Virus record (IMG/VR): IMGVR_UViG_3300050120_000152 | Location: 124,001 to 188,000 of that record | DNA: 64,000 nucleotides | Reading direction: 5' to 3' (one strand) | In this document: positions 41,867 through 53,484 of the stretch, in pieces | Layout of the letters: each line of letters opens with the position of its first letter | How positions within the stretch are numbered: position 1 is the stretch's first letter | Translations under genes and position numbers: made by a program | Notes under the pieces: model-generated | Seen by the model: only the letters and a program-made list of their open reading frames with translations | The model's database searches: none | Told to the model about the DNA's origin: nothing

Positions 41867-43690
41867 TAAGATGGTGTAAAATCAGCGCAGAGTTGATCAC
41901 CTAGATGATAAGGGCTTACAGAACTGTTATAGGTTCTACACATATCATCCATCTTATAATAAAGCATGTGGATGAGTTTCCCGAAAGGGTTGTGAGTCGC
42001 CAGTCCAGAATTACGAATGGGCCGTTATACTAGACTAACGGAATTACCACTGACGATAATCGTTTGCTACGATTTGAAACATTCTTAGGAATGTATGGTA
42101 TAGCACCTTGAAGGCGAAAGTTTTCATGGTCAGGATAAGGTATCGCAAGATGCTAAAAGGGTTTGCGCCCACAAGCGCCCCACCATAGTAATATGGCCCA
42201 ACTATACAAGCTGGTAGGACACTAAGCGGAATGCTTAGGATTCATCATATGGTGGATATAGATCAGCACTCAATGGTAACGAAAACCACATTAGAGCCAA
42301 TCGGTGAAATGTGAGAGGTTTAGCAGCCTCTAGTTACATGCAACATTGGCCTGAAGTATGTTAAACCGGTAGTGGTTCCAGTATGAGGGTTTGCGCCTAA
42401 ATGCGAAGCTGCAATGTTAATGGGTGCGAACGCTCATGAAACATACTGTGAATGTATCCTTAGCGGGAGAAAAGCAGAGAAGGTCGGGTTTGAAGCTGTC
42501 GGGATGGAGAAAGTTTCATTAATAGCATTTCGCTACACATCCTTTTAGATAAATACATATATCTAGGAGATTGTGAATGAATTTTTGTCATTACGGTTGT
42601 GGAAAAGAAGGTCTGTTCTATTCTGAATCATCAAAGCGTTGGAGATGTTGCAAAAATCCAGCATTATGTGATGGTAGGAAACGTGAAGTCAGTACAATGA
42701 ATATAAATGGAGAGTCCCATAAAAGACTCAAAATGAAGTATAAAAATTGTCCTGAATGTGGGTTGAAGGTATCTGCACCAACATTAGCAGCACATGTACG
42801 TAAATGTACACGAAAACTTACTTGCATAGTATGTGGCAGTGAACATAAGCGTGATCAGGCAATAACATGTTCTGATAAATGTCGTAGTATATTAACTTCT
42901 GAAACAATAAGAGGACAATATGCTGATGGTAGTAGATCACCTAGAAAAGCCAAGAAAACGTCTGTAATATATGACGAACACGTTTTTGATAATGATGTAG
43001 AAGTTCTAGCATACAAATTGTTAGTTTCAATGAAAGTTGACAACTTGCAGCATGAAAGTGTTAGAATTCCATATGTCTATGAAGGATTAGACCATACATA
43101 TTTTCCTGATTTTACTTACGATGATGGTAACCAAAAATGTTTGGTTGAAATCAAAGCTGGTGGTAGAATGAACATGAGCAATTATGCTAAACTGCGCGCC
43201 GCTGAATCGTTAGGATATAAAATCATACTGTGGGATAGAAATGTTATTAAGAAGCTTTCTTCTAATAAAGACTGATGGACAAACGAACCTGCTCGACCTT
43301 AGTGGGTAAACTAGCCTTGATTGGCACTTTGAATATTATCAAAATAACGAAAAATGCAAAGTCAGGTTCGGTTACAGTTGAAAATAGCATAATGCTCCAC
43401 CGAAAGGAATGGAGTCATGCAAAAGCTCGCAAGGCTAATGTATGTTGGTAAAGAACTGCAAGTATGGGTGTAGCCACCCTTAGCTGCTCGCAAGGCAGGC
43501 TGAATGGGAAATGCCGAATAGACTGTAGCGACAATGGAAACGCCACCATTTAAAATAAGGCTGCTATGATGATGTACATATTTGTGGTCGAAAGACTAGA
43601 GTATGTGGACAAGTCGGGAAAAGGCTCGCAAAGCCCTATAATCCGCACGAAAGCATTATCACGAAGAGTGTAATCTCAACTCGACATATT
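41867..43690 (+). ncRNA. giant ornate ncRNA (GOLLD-like), about 1.1 kb, interrupted by an ORF
   Basis: About 680 nt + 410 nt ORF-free, more than 20 hairpins, many with GAAA/GCAA loops; starts directly after a tRNA; ends GAGT-GTAATCTCA-ACTC. Confidence 0.6.
42577..43275 (+). CDS. zinc-finger plus PD-(D/E)xK endonuclease (TnsA-N-like), putative homing endonuclease
   Basis: CxxC motifs; YFPDF..LVEIKAG; ATAAATA and AGGAG upstream. Confidence 0.75.
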   Translation: MNFCHYGCGKEGLFYSESSKRWRCCKNPALCDGRKREVSTMNINGESHKRLKMKYKNCPECGLKVSAPTLAAHVRKCTRKLTCIVCGSEHKRDQAITCSDKCRSILTSETIRGQYADGSRSPRKAKKTSVIYDEHVFDNDVEVLAYKLLVSMKVDNLQHESVRIPYVYEGLDHTYFPDFTYDDGNQKCLVEIKAGGRMNMSNYAKLRAAESLGYKIILWDRNVIKKLSSNKD

Positions 43691-44719
43691 TTTATAGACA
43701 AGTGCATCCAGAAAGGTTATAATTGATTACAAGATCACTTATAGCCTTTTTTCTTTACAAAATTCTTTAAGGAATACTCATGTCAAATGCTGATAATCAT
43801 TTTGCAGAACTGGTCAAGAATTTGAAATCGGATGGGGGTGTCCTCCATTTTAAATTTATTACTAAATGGTATAACAAGTATTATGTTACAGTGAATGCTG
43901 TTACGGTGCATAATTACATTTCTTCATTAGTTGAAGTTATTGGTATATATGTAGACGATAATAAATTCATGTCCATGGGTCAACTGATGAATGCATTATG
44001 CCTACATGGGTATCAAGAAGCCTATCGTCAAAAATTCAAAGATTTATCTGATGAAATGAACGATAGGATGCACTATCGTATTCTGGCTGAATTGTGTGGT
44101 AAACTAGTGTGGACTGAATGGGAGAAAATACCCGGCCATGATACAGTATAAGGAAAATCCTCCACGGTTGACAAAGGATAAAGAATTTGTCGATGAAATG
44201 ACTAACCTACTCACAGAAGCGATCTGTGAGCGGGAAAAGTTACTTGAAACTATCATCATGACAGAGTATCTTAATCCTACGACAGATACTAGGAATGTCA
44301 TGGAAGAGGCATATAGTCTCCTTGAAGAAACGGATATTAATCTGGGTCAACTTGCCGAAGCATTCAAAATCAAAATAATCTACTGAGAGAGTAAACATGT
44401 CGAACATCATAGATTTTACCGCTGTAGTGAAAGATCGTCAGAAATATAAAGATGATATGCTGAATGATATTGGTAACAAAGTTATTGAACTTTTTGGAAA
44501 ACTTCCCACTGTACCATCCACAGATGACGAAGTTATTGAACTTTTTGATACTATTGACACCATTCATGCCTATATCCGTAAACAAGGCTATGACTTTACA
44601 TCCGGTCAAGCATTGGTCGGCCAATTGCTGGAAGCTATGGAAAAGAAAGAACTGAGCTGTTGACAATTAGTTATATGTAATGTATTATATGTCTTTGCTA
44701 ATCACTAAGGCATATCTAC

Positions 44720-45346
44720 ATGAAGCGTTTATGTAATATTGCGGCAGTCCTAAGCCTACTCCTGTTTACATGGCTTGTTGGATCAGCTGTGTTCGATCTA
44801 TTCTTTGTGTTGCCGCGTGTGTCCATTCCATTGGCAATTCCTGCTGCTATTCCCATGGTGCATGAGGATGGTAAACAATTGGATTGCATGGCTCAAAATA
44901 TCTATTGGGAAGCTCAAGGTGAAAAAGCTTTGGGTAAAATCTTTGTAGGTATGGTGGTTATGGAACGGTTGCACTCGCCCCATTTCCCTAGTACAGTGTG
45001 TGGGGTAGTATTCCAAGGCAATCGTGATGCCCATGGCAAATCTATCCGTCATATGTGTTCATTTTCATGGACTTGTGATGGTGCAGATCATGATATAAAC
45101 TTTAACAATATCATTGATCGTCGTGAATGGTTGCTATCCTATTCAATTGCTAAACAGGTATTAGCTGGTAAGGCTCATGTTCCTATTGACATGGTTGGTG
45201 TGACTCACTACCATGCTGATTATGCAAAGCCATTCTGGTCTAAGGATCATAAAGATTATAAACTAGTGGCTACGATAGGTCACCATCTATTCTATCGTTG
45301 GAAAAAAGCCATGATTTCATCAAATGCTACAGTAGCGATGAGGTAA
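44720..45346 (+). CDS. SleB-like cell wall hydrolase
   Basis: CMAQNIYWEAQGE, CSFSWTCDG, THYHADY..P.W, IGHHLFY. Confidence 0.9.
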   Translation: MKRLCNIAAVLSLLLFTWLVGSAVFDLFFVLPRVSIPLAIPAAIPMVHEDGKQLDCMAQNIYWEAQGEKALGKIFVGMVVMERLHSPHFPSTVCGVVFQGNRDAHGKSIRHMCSFSWTCDGADHDINFNNIIDRREWLLSYSIAKQVLAGKAHVPIDMVGVTHYHADYAKPFWSKDHKDYKLVATIGHHLFYRWKKAMISSNATVAMR

Positions 45347-46044
45347 TATGATGACAAGCAAAATTCGCAGAAAATTTCTTTATATTCGGCGTAAGGCCAT
45401 TGCCGAGGGTTTGACTTCCGTGGAATGGTGCTGGCCGAAGGATCATCGTACATTCGTTGTTAGGCTTGGTAAGCAGCACATTGCAGTTTTCTATAATGAG
45501 GCAGAAAGTGAATCAGATGGTGATACCATAAGTGCCATGGATTATACGATGTCAATCATGGTCGAGGTATATTCTTTGAAAAATATCAAGAATTATAATG
45601 CTCTGGCTGCTGCTTATATAAAAGATCATAAAAAAGCTTGACATTCTCCTAATCTAAGATATAATGTATTACATATAGAGAATTACACAATGTCTAACAA
45701 ACTGATTAACACACTGTTTAACGTTCTGATTACTGGTATGATCGAACGATTCGATGATGTAAGTAATGATGCTTACAGTCTGAGTCGATTTGCTGCTGCT
45801 GGCCCCACCTATGATGATCTGTTGAAGTTGATGGAATCCATTGCCGAAAATGCAAATGGTGAAGTGTATGAAGGTTACAGTGGCCGTGGTATGTATGGCG
45901 ATAAATGCTGGGGTATTACTGGTGATGCTGCCAAGATCATTGAAATCGCTGGCGCGCATGGGGTGTTCGGCGCAAATATGGACAGCATGGGTCGTGACAG
46001 TATTGTTTATTGGCCTGCCCTGAAGTATACTGAACAAGATTAAA

Positions 46045-46328
46045 GAATGCGAAACCAAGTGGCTCGACGCCACGCGGATATCCGTCCTTGTGGGTAGGTT
46101 TCGAAGTCAATCGTTAAAAGATGCCTTGTGGTCGCTACATGAGGGATTACCGTTACACAATAGCGGTTGAAAGTCGATTAACGATTGGCGGTACTATAAG
46201 GTCAGATGATAGGTCATCTGACAACTATTGAAGTAGTTGCATGGTTCAGTGCCATGTAATGGGATTGCGGCAGAGAACGGTGAATCCCACATTTGTTGCA
46301 CTTGACCCTGCTTGCAGGGTCTTTTTTA
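46045..46328 (+). ncRNA. candidate multi-hairpin RNA ending in a terminator
   Basis: CGAAACC/GGTTTCG, GTCAATCGTTAA/TTAACGATTGGC, GTCAGATGA/TCATCTGAC, GACCCTGC/GCAGGGTC-T6. Confidence 0.5.
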
Positions 46329-47423
46329 TCCACTATTCAGCTAACTCTGATATAATAATCCCATGATTGTATATCGTGTAGAAAATAATAAAGGTTGTGG
46401 GCCATTCTTTGAAGTATGGAATATCGTGGACAAAAGCATCTATGATGAGCTTTATAAGTATTCAAGATATTTGACCACTCTCCCTTGCCCAACCAAAGCT
46501 ATGGCTCAAGGTAAACATTTTGCTTGTCGATCCTTGGAAGAATTAAGTAAATGGTTTATGTGTGATGAACATTGTGATCTGTTGACTTCTAATGGATTTC
46601 ATATTAGCATATACAATGTAAAAACTGTCCTACGTGGACAAATGCAAATCAGCTTTGTAAAAAAGAATGCAAAGCTGGTTGACACACTTCCCCTCACATC
46701 ACTCCAAGGATTATTACAATGAGCATTGTTTCTGATTTTGTTAAGTGTCTGAATGCTGCACAGAAAAAGAATTGGGTTACTCTGATTGCACATATTCGTA
46801 AGGGCGAATATATTTACAATCATGATAATTATGAAATTGACAAAGCTTATAATAGTAGCCGTTGTGCATTGTCTTTTGCCTATACCTATGACATTCTCCA
46901 TGGTGCCGATGATAGTTCGTTTAATCAGACCATTGAGGAAAGCAGCGAAGCTATTGATGAATTCTTTGGTGAGGATGCCGTGGCTATCGTATTCGAAGGT
47001 GGTAGCACTTTTGGTGAATATCTGAATGAACATACGAATGAAGGTGAAGGCGCTGACCTTGATGGTGAGCATGCTGCCAAATTGCTTTCCGATTTTCTTG
47101 GGTTTGGTGCTGAACACGGCGATGCCAAGTTCGTTACGATTCACTGGAAAAGCAACCAGACTGACAATTTCGAAAGTGTGGAAGCCTTGCAGTCTTTCCT
47201 TGATCTGAACCCCAAACGTGCACAGGGTTATCGTAAGATTACGGTGACGAAGCTTGTACCGCGAACCGTGTATGATGAAGTGGTGGAAACCATCACACTA
47301 TAAAATAAAATGGGGCTTCGGCCCCGTTTTCTATTGCATTATACATATTCTTTGGTATATACTCATTCCATGGTCATTCTTAAACCAGTCCTGCGTTCGC
47401 AGCAGATAACATCCATTCGCAAT

Positions 47424-47741
47424 ATGTCTTTTGAGGCATTGCTGAAGGCACAAGGTCATCTGTGCTTTTATTGCAATCATCATATGCCATTGGATGGTAT
47501 CACTAAAGATCATATGTTTCCTAAATGCCATGGTTTCCATTTGCGTGGTAACATGGTACTGGCACACAAGCGATGCAATGGTAAGAAAGGTAGCCGTTAT
47601 CCCACTACAGCAGAGTTGTTGAAGTGGGTGGCATTGTATACCAACAAGCCTAAGAAGCACTTGATAATCCGTACCAAAAATAATAAACCACGATTCAAGT
47701 TAAAAATTACCGCAGAACTGATCCATGATTTCCTATCGTAA
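47424..47741 (+). CDS. small HNH endonuclease
   Basis: CFYC..TKDHMFPK..GNMVLAHKRCNGKKG. Confidence 0.8.
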   Translation: MSFEALLKAQGHLCFYCNHHMPLDGITKDHMFPKCHGFHLRGNMVLAHKRCNGKKGSRYPTTAELLKWVALYTNKPKKHLIIRTKNNKPRFKLKITAELIHDFLS

Positions 47742-47790
47742 AACGATAGGAGCGAATGCTACCTGTCCTACCGCAAGCGTTAGGACTTAA

Positions 47791-48198
47791 TCAGGTAATG
47801 CGGAATCGTTTAAAAATGGTGGAATTTAGTCTCTCACCATACATTCTCTTATTCGGATAGACTTCACGAATAACTTGAGCTATGCACGATGCATAGCCTT
47901 TCTTTCTTTCAGACTTTTTAGTATAGAAATCGACAATGGTATCCCATTTGCCTTTCCATCCCTGATTTTTATAGACCATAGCCCATGATGCCACTCTACC
48001 ATCGGGTGAACATGCATAAAATACTATGGCATCTTTGAGATAGCAATCTTCAGGGTCTGCATAGTTTAGCAGATTCTCTAACATACGACCATTCCACCGA
48101 TTGTTAAGTTTCAGTAACTGATTGCGAATTACTGAACTAATATCGTTCAACGGTGTATAAAACACATTAACAATTTCTTTACTCATGGATACTTTCAC
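47791..48198 (-). CDS. GNAT-like acetyltransferase
   Basis: FYTKKSERKKGYASCI motif A; paralog of 38501-38905. Confidence 0.6.
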   Translation of the reverse strand: MKVSMSKEIVNVFYTPLNDISSVIRNQLLKLNNRWNGRMLENLLNYADPEDCYLKDAIVFYACSPDGRVASWAMVYKNQGWKGKWDTIVDFYTKKSERKKGYASCIAQVIREVYPNKRMYGERLNSTIFKRFRIT

Positions 48199-48345
48199 AT
48201 TACCTTATCATGATGACAGCCCATCCATTATTTGTCAAGCATCATTTAATTATGAATCAATCCCTAATATGTTACATGTAATGCTTGACATTCTAGTTCC
48301 ATATTCTATAATTCATCTATCGAATCACACAAGGCAACGCCTACT

Positions 48346-49098
48346 ATGTTTTCACCTGTCCAAAACATTCTCTCTGTCGGCAAGGACGCAAAAACCATCA
48401 AAGGAACTAAAAAGGGTGTTATGACAGGCATTCTGTATCTTGCGCCACACCTTTTGTCTGGTTATCAAGTATGCCCGAAAGCTAGTGAAGGTTGCAAGCT
48501 GGCCTGTCTGTATACGGCTGGGCGTGGCGTATATAGCCGTACTCAAAACGGTCGGATCAATAAGACCAAATGGTTTTTTGAGGATCGTGAATCATTCATG
48601 GAAACGTTGGTCAATAACATGGAAGCCTTGATCCGCAAGGCTAACCGCGAAAATATGATCCCTGCTGCGCGATTGAATGGCACCAGTGATATTGCATGGG
48701 AAAAGATTGCTTGTGTGAAGAATGGCATCAAATATGCATCTATCATGGAGGCATATCCCGAAGTCCGCTTTTATGATTATTCTAAAGTGCTTGGTCGTTC
48801 TAAGGCTTTGAAACTCAAGAATTATCATTTGACGTTTTCGTTGTCTGAATCGAATGACAATGATGCTCAAAAAGCTCTTGCACAAGGCTATAACCTTGCA
48901 GTAGTATTACGTCTTGGCAGAACTGAAAAGAAACCTAAAAGGTGGTCAGGTTATCCTGTCGTGAATGGGGATGAAACTGATGTACGGTTCCTTGATCCAA
49001 AACATGGTCATATCATTGCACTGTTTCCGAAAGGTCGTGGTCGAAAGGATACCAGTGGTTTTGTCCGTGAAGTTAACTCAACCCTAAAGGCAGCATAA
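48346..49098 (+). CDS. Gp88-family protein
   Basis: CPKASEGCKLACLYTAGRG, RLNGTSDI.WE, FYDYSK, NYHLTFS. Confidence 0.8.
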   Translation: MFSPVQNILSVGKDAKTIKGTKKGVMTGILYLAPHLLSGYQVCPKASEGCKLACLYTAGRGVYSRTQNGRINKTKWFFEDRESFMETLVNNMEALIRKANRENMIPAARLNGTSDIAWEKIACVKNGIKYASIMEAYPEVRFYDYSKVLGRSKALKLKNYHLTFSLSESNDNDAQKALAQGYNLAVVLRLGRTEKKPKRWSGYPVVNGDETDVRFLDPKHGHIIALFPKGRGRKDTSGFVREVNSTLKAA

Positions 49099-51488
49099 TC
49101 ATGGCTCATAATTTTCGTTATACAGTGCGGCATGAATTTAGCTATGGAGAGGAACAGTATATCTTCGATTCCCCCATTTTGTTGTTAAGGTATTATGATG
49201 ACTTGGAACAGCAATTGGCACTGGCGAAAGTTCTAGGCATCAATTATGAACCAAATCGCGGGGAATACTTGATTATCGAACTGCAACCTAACATTGTGGA
49301 AAAAGTATTGACATTGGATGAAGTCAATACTATTCTTGATGCTGGTCAATAATTTTAACAATCACTAAAACTAAGGAAAAACTATATCATGGCAATCAAA
49401 GCAGTTACTCGTTACCAATCCGAAGATGGAAAGCTTCATGATGATATTGTGGAAGCTCGCTCGTATGATTCCGTTCAACGCGCTTTGACAGGCGTAAAAG
49501 CAGCCATTCTGACCGCATCACCGAATCATATGCTGGGCAATCTCCCGCTTGATCTGGTGAACAATCCGAAGCATGCTGAACTGCTGCGTGATGCTCTGAA
49601 TGCTGTACTGAATAGTCACCGCCACTATGGCAAACTGCGTAAGAATAAGCCTGCGCAGACTGCTACAAAAGTCTGAAATACTGCTTGACAAGCATTAATT
49701 GTTGGAATAAACTTTAAATATCATCATAAAGGCAATCAAATGCACGATTCCACAAATTCTGATTCTATCACCGACTATGCTTCCAATTCGGTAGCAGCTA
49801 CACTTATTTCATCCAAAAATCAAATCCGTCGAATGTATCCCACGGTTTTGCTGGATGAGCATCCTGATGCTATTCTGCCGATCATTTTGGATCGCACCGT
49901 ACATAGCATGATTCATCTGGATCAGAAATTTGATATGAATTCGATTTTCGATCAAGATCATTTCAACAAGATGAAAGCTGAAGCATTTATCCATCTGGCA
50001 TGGCTTAATACGCCGGATAATACGCCATATCCAGAATCATTGAAATACTCCTCCACCAGTGTTTCATCTGATGAAGATGATGAAACCGTTGTAGTAGTTC
50101 CCAAGGTGGCTCCAGCAGCAAAAGTCACAACCGTTGCCGATGTTGCCAAAAATCGCATAATCAGCAAAAATTCAAAGTTCCAAAAAGCATTGCTTATCTA
50201 TACAGAAGATCAGGCCAGCCATGCCAATCGTGCAGCAACATTGCGCCGCATGATTACAGAACTGGAGATGAATCCAAGTACAGCAAATGTGTACTATAGT
50301 AAGTTCAAGAATCCAGTATCACTCCAGAAGTAAAGCTGAAGATAGGCTGAATCAAGTTAAGATTAACTGCACCATCCGAAAATAAGTCTTGCAATTCGTA
50401 ACAAAGCGTGTAGAATGTAAAACACTGGAACGATCCAGTATCACCTAACCCAACACCAACTCACAACAAAGGAAATACGATCATGGCAAAGCGCGAACCT
50501 GCGGTAACTTTCAAGGGCACGATGGCCGAACTGACCAGCAAGCTCACCCTCAACGGCAAGAAGCTCTCCCAGCCGTTTCTCTCCCAGCTTGTCACCTACG
50601 GCTTGTCGGCGTCTGTCGTTGCCAAGCAGCCCAACTCGGTTGGCAAGGGCAAGCCGACCAATATCGTGGAAGTCACCAGCGGCAAGGGTCACATCTTCGC
50701 TGAAATCGTGGCGGATGCGGCGGCTGAGCATGTCGATGCTTCTGCTTCGACCGAAGTGACCGCGTAATACATCTGCTGCAAGAATATCAGAAAGCCCTAG
50801 CCATAGTCTAGGGCTTTCTTTTTGATAAATATATTTCAACGGAGATAGTCTATGTGCCTTGTACGCCTTGATAACCATGTTGAAAGTGTGAACCAGATTA
50901 TTGCAGGGTTGGAAGCGGGAACCCGAACTCTAACCAGTCTGCAAGTCGCTATGCTGCTGCGTGAGCTTGACGAAGCGTTACAGGCATGTCAGGGTAGCCC
51001 TATCCTTACGCATGCGTTAGGACTTAATCCAAGCATGGTAAGCTAACCATAAAGAATATGCATCATTCTGTTACTTTGCTTATTGCAAAGATTTCCTAAA
51101 AGGAATATAATGATTGCACTAGAGGATTCACCATGATTAACCTACTTGTCAAACATGATACTGCCCACAAAGTATGGCACAAGCTCAGTGTAGGCTTTCC
51201 TGACCGTGCTGCATTACCTGATAACATGGAAGGTCTAGCAGGATCATGCTGGCAGTTTGCCATGCAATACGCTATTGACCATCAAATGAACCGTGACCTC
51301 ATTGCATTCCGTATCGTTGACAAGAATGATTCTGTCATCTATGAATACGTTTCAAATGCAACCATGAATGCCGACACTACTGGCATCAAAACCTATCAGC
51401 GTTTCTTAACATCTGTTTAACCTTCCCTTAACAATTCGTAAGGTCACCAGTCCCAACACCATACCATGAAAATCTTTGTTGTCAACAC

Positions 51489-51537
51489 TTGACAATCCAT
51501 TATATATAATGTAAAATAGGGTTGTGGATGGGAAGCA
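51489..51537 (+). promoter_or_regulatory. repeated promoter plus GGA-rich leader (8 copies on both strands)
   Basis: TTGACA-17-TAAAAT-AGGGTTGTGGATGGGAAGCA; copies + 39144, 52510, 61181 (no clear -35); - 54909, 59796, 61970, 63788. Confidence 0.8.
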
Positions 51538-51633
51538 ATCCACTCCATGATGAAAAAGAAATTTGAAAATAATGCTTGACGCTATCCCTGTAATCGCTTA
51601 TAATACTTCCACACCAACCAACGGAGCAAAACA

Positions 51634-52362
51634 ATGCTTGTCAAGATCACAAACAATGGCGAATCCTTCCTTTGCAGCCCGCGTCAGGCTGGCGTGCTGG
51701 AATTGCTGCTTGATAGTAATGCAGGTGGGTTTGCATCGGTCAAGGGCTATGTATCCAGTGAAACGGGCGAAGTGGCAGATTATACCTTCATCAGCCGTTT
51801 CAGCGTAGGCAACATGTATGAGCGTGCTATGGCAGCTCTGGAAACCTTCACAGTGGCTGATATTATCGACAGCATTCGTGACAATCTGAAAGTCAAGGCT
51901 CTGACCACGGATGAACTTTACGAAGCGTTCGATGCTCGCCGTGCGGCTGAAATTGCCAGCAAGGTGCAAACCCTTGAAGGTGACCGCAGTGATGCACGTC
52001 GCCAGTCGCATGATCGTAATTATCATGTGTTGGATCATGGCGTGAAGGTTCATTACGTCACGGAAAAGGTTGACAAGCTGACTTATCCAGTGCTGGAATC
52101 CTATGGCAATGAACGTCTGCCAGTGGTCAAAAGCATCATGTTGAACATTTTGGAAGTGAAAAAGACCGTGACCACGGCAGGCACGTACAAAACCGTGAAC
52201 AGTGGTGTTCCTGTCATCATCGGCAATGCTTTGAACAAGCTGCTGCCGAAAACGGCCAAAATGAAAGTGTTGTCGTTCAAGGATGACAATTTCGATTCTC
52301 TGGCTCTGGCTGGCGTCCAGTACATCCCCGAAGATTTCAAGGGCTTGTATAGCGCAAGCTGA
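51634..52362 (+). CDS. hypothetical protein
   Basis: 242 aa; own promoter and GGAG RBS. Confidence 0.75.
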   Translation: MLVKITNNGESFLCSPRQAGVLELLLDSNAGGFASVKGYVSSETGEVADYTFISRFSVGNMYERAMAALETFTVADIIDSIRDNLKVKALTTDELYEAFDARRAAEIASKVQTLEGDRSDARRQSHDRNYHVLDHGVKVHYVTEKVDKLTYPVLESYGNERLPVVKSIMLNILEVKKTVTTAGTYKTVNSGVPVIIGNALNKLLPKTAKMKVLSFKDDNFDSLALAGVQYIPEDFKGLYSAS

Positions 52363-53361
52363 ACCTGAAAAATAATCCCCATAGGCTAACACTTATGGGG
52401 ATTTTTCTGCTATTGGGAACATGTACCTGCGATGAAATTCCGTTCAAGCCTTATCTAATCAATGGGCAGGGAAACCTGCCCATTCAGCTTACGTTCATAA
52501 TGCATATGGTAAAATAGGGTCGTGGATGGGAAGCATTGCCACGATAAAGTATGTCATGAGATACCTTAAAATGATGCTTGACAATGATTCTAATAATGAT
52601 ACTTTTCTTTATAAGAAAAGACTTGTAATGGATAATTCATTACAGTATGATACTGGCATATCCTACTGGAATATCACGATGAACAGTTCGCATGCTACCA
52701 TCAAGATTCGCATTGGCAACAATGTAATGTTGGATTATAATCCTACCTTCTGCCGTTGGTATCATAGCGACGATGGCTTGACATGGTGGGCATTGCCGAT
52801 CAAGATCAAGCGTGTTGAAACGGCTATTGCATACGTAGCGAATCATTATTATATACTGGCCGAAAACCTGTACAAGTAATGCTTGACAGCCTGCCATAGT
52901 TCTATTAGAATACTTGCATCAACCAAGGGAACGTCAGCATGAACATCAACCATCGCGACAATACCATCATCATCATTTTCGCCCTGCTGGTGCTGGCTGG
53001 CATCTATTTTGAAACCTATCGCTGGTTCAATTGATACTGCTTGACTTTCATGCGAGCTATGTTACAATACTCCCATCATGAAACCCAACGTCGAGATTGA
53101 CTGAATATGTTAATATCAATCGAATCATTTGATATGGTTTCCGCGTTGTATACCGTGAACATTTTCGGTAATCTTTATTATCTTGGGTTTGCCAAGTATG
53201 ACGAGAATGATGTAGAGATTTATGATTATGCCGCTATAAAGTATCAGCCTGATATTAGCAGGGCTATTAGTAGTCAAGCTGAAAACCTTCATGAACAATT
53301 GGATCAAAACAAAAAAGAAATATTGCTTGACTGTTGAACCGATCATCGTTATAATACTCCC

Positions 53362-53484
53362 ATGAAAACGAAAATCAACAATCCGGTAGCGAAGCATTCT
53401 GGCAAATTCAACAAGCCTGCGGTTCATCGTGATCGCAAGAATGATTATCGTCGCCGCGAAAAACATTCAAATAGGGTTGCATAA
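53362..53484 (+). CDS. small basic protein NPVAKH..FNK..VH.DRK..Y.R..KH (40 aa)
   Basis: Not in the ORF track; own promoter; stop overlaps next start. Confidence 0.65.
   Translation: MKTKINNPVAKHSGKFNKPAVHRDRKNDYRRREKHSNRVA

Noticed and set aside
41867-43690. Group I intron interpretation
   Set aside because: No clear P7 R/S elements and no interrupted host gene on the flanks; not formally excluded without cmsearch.
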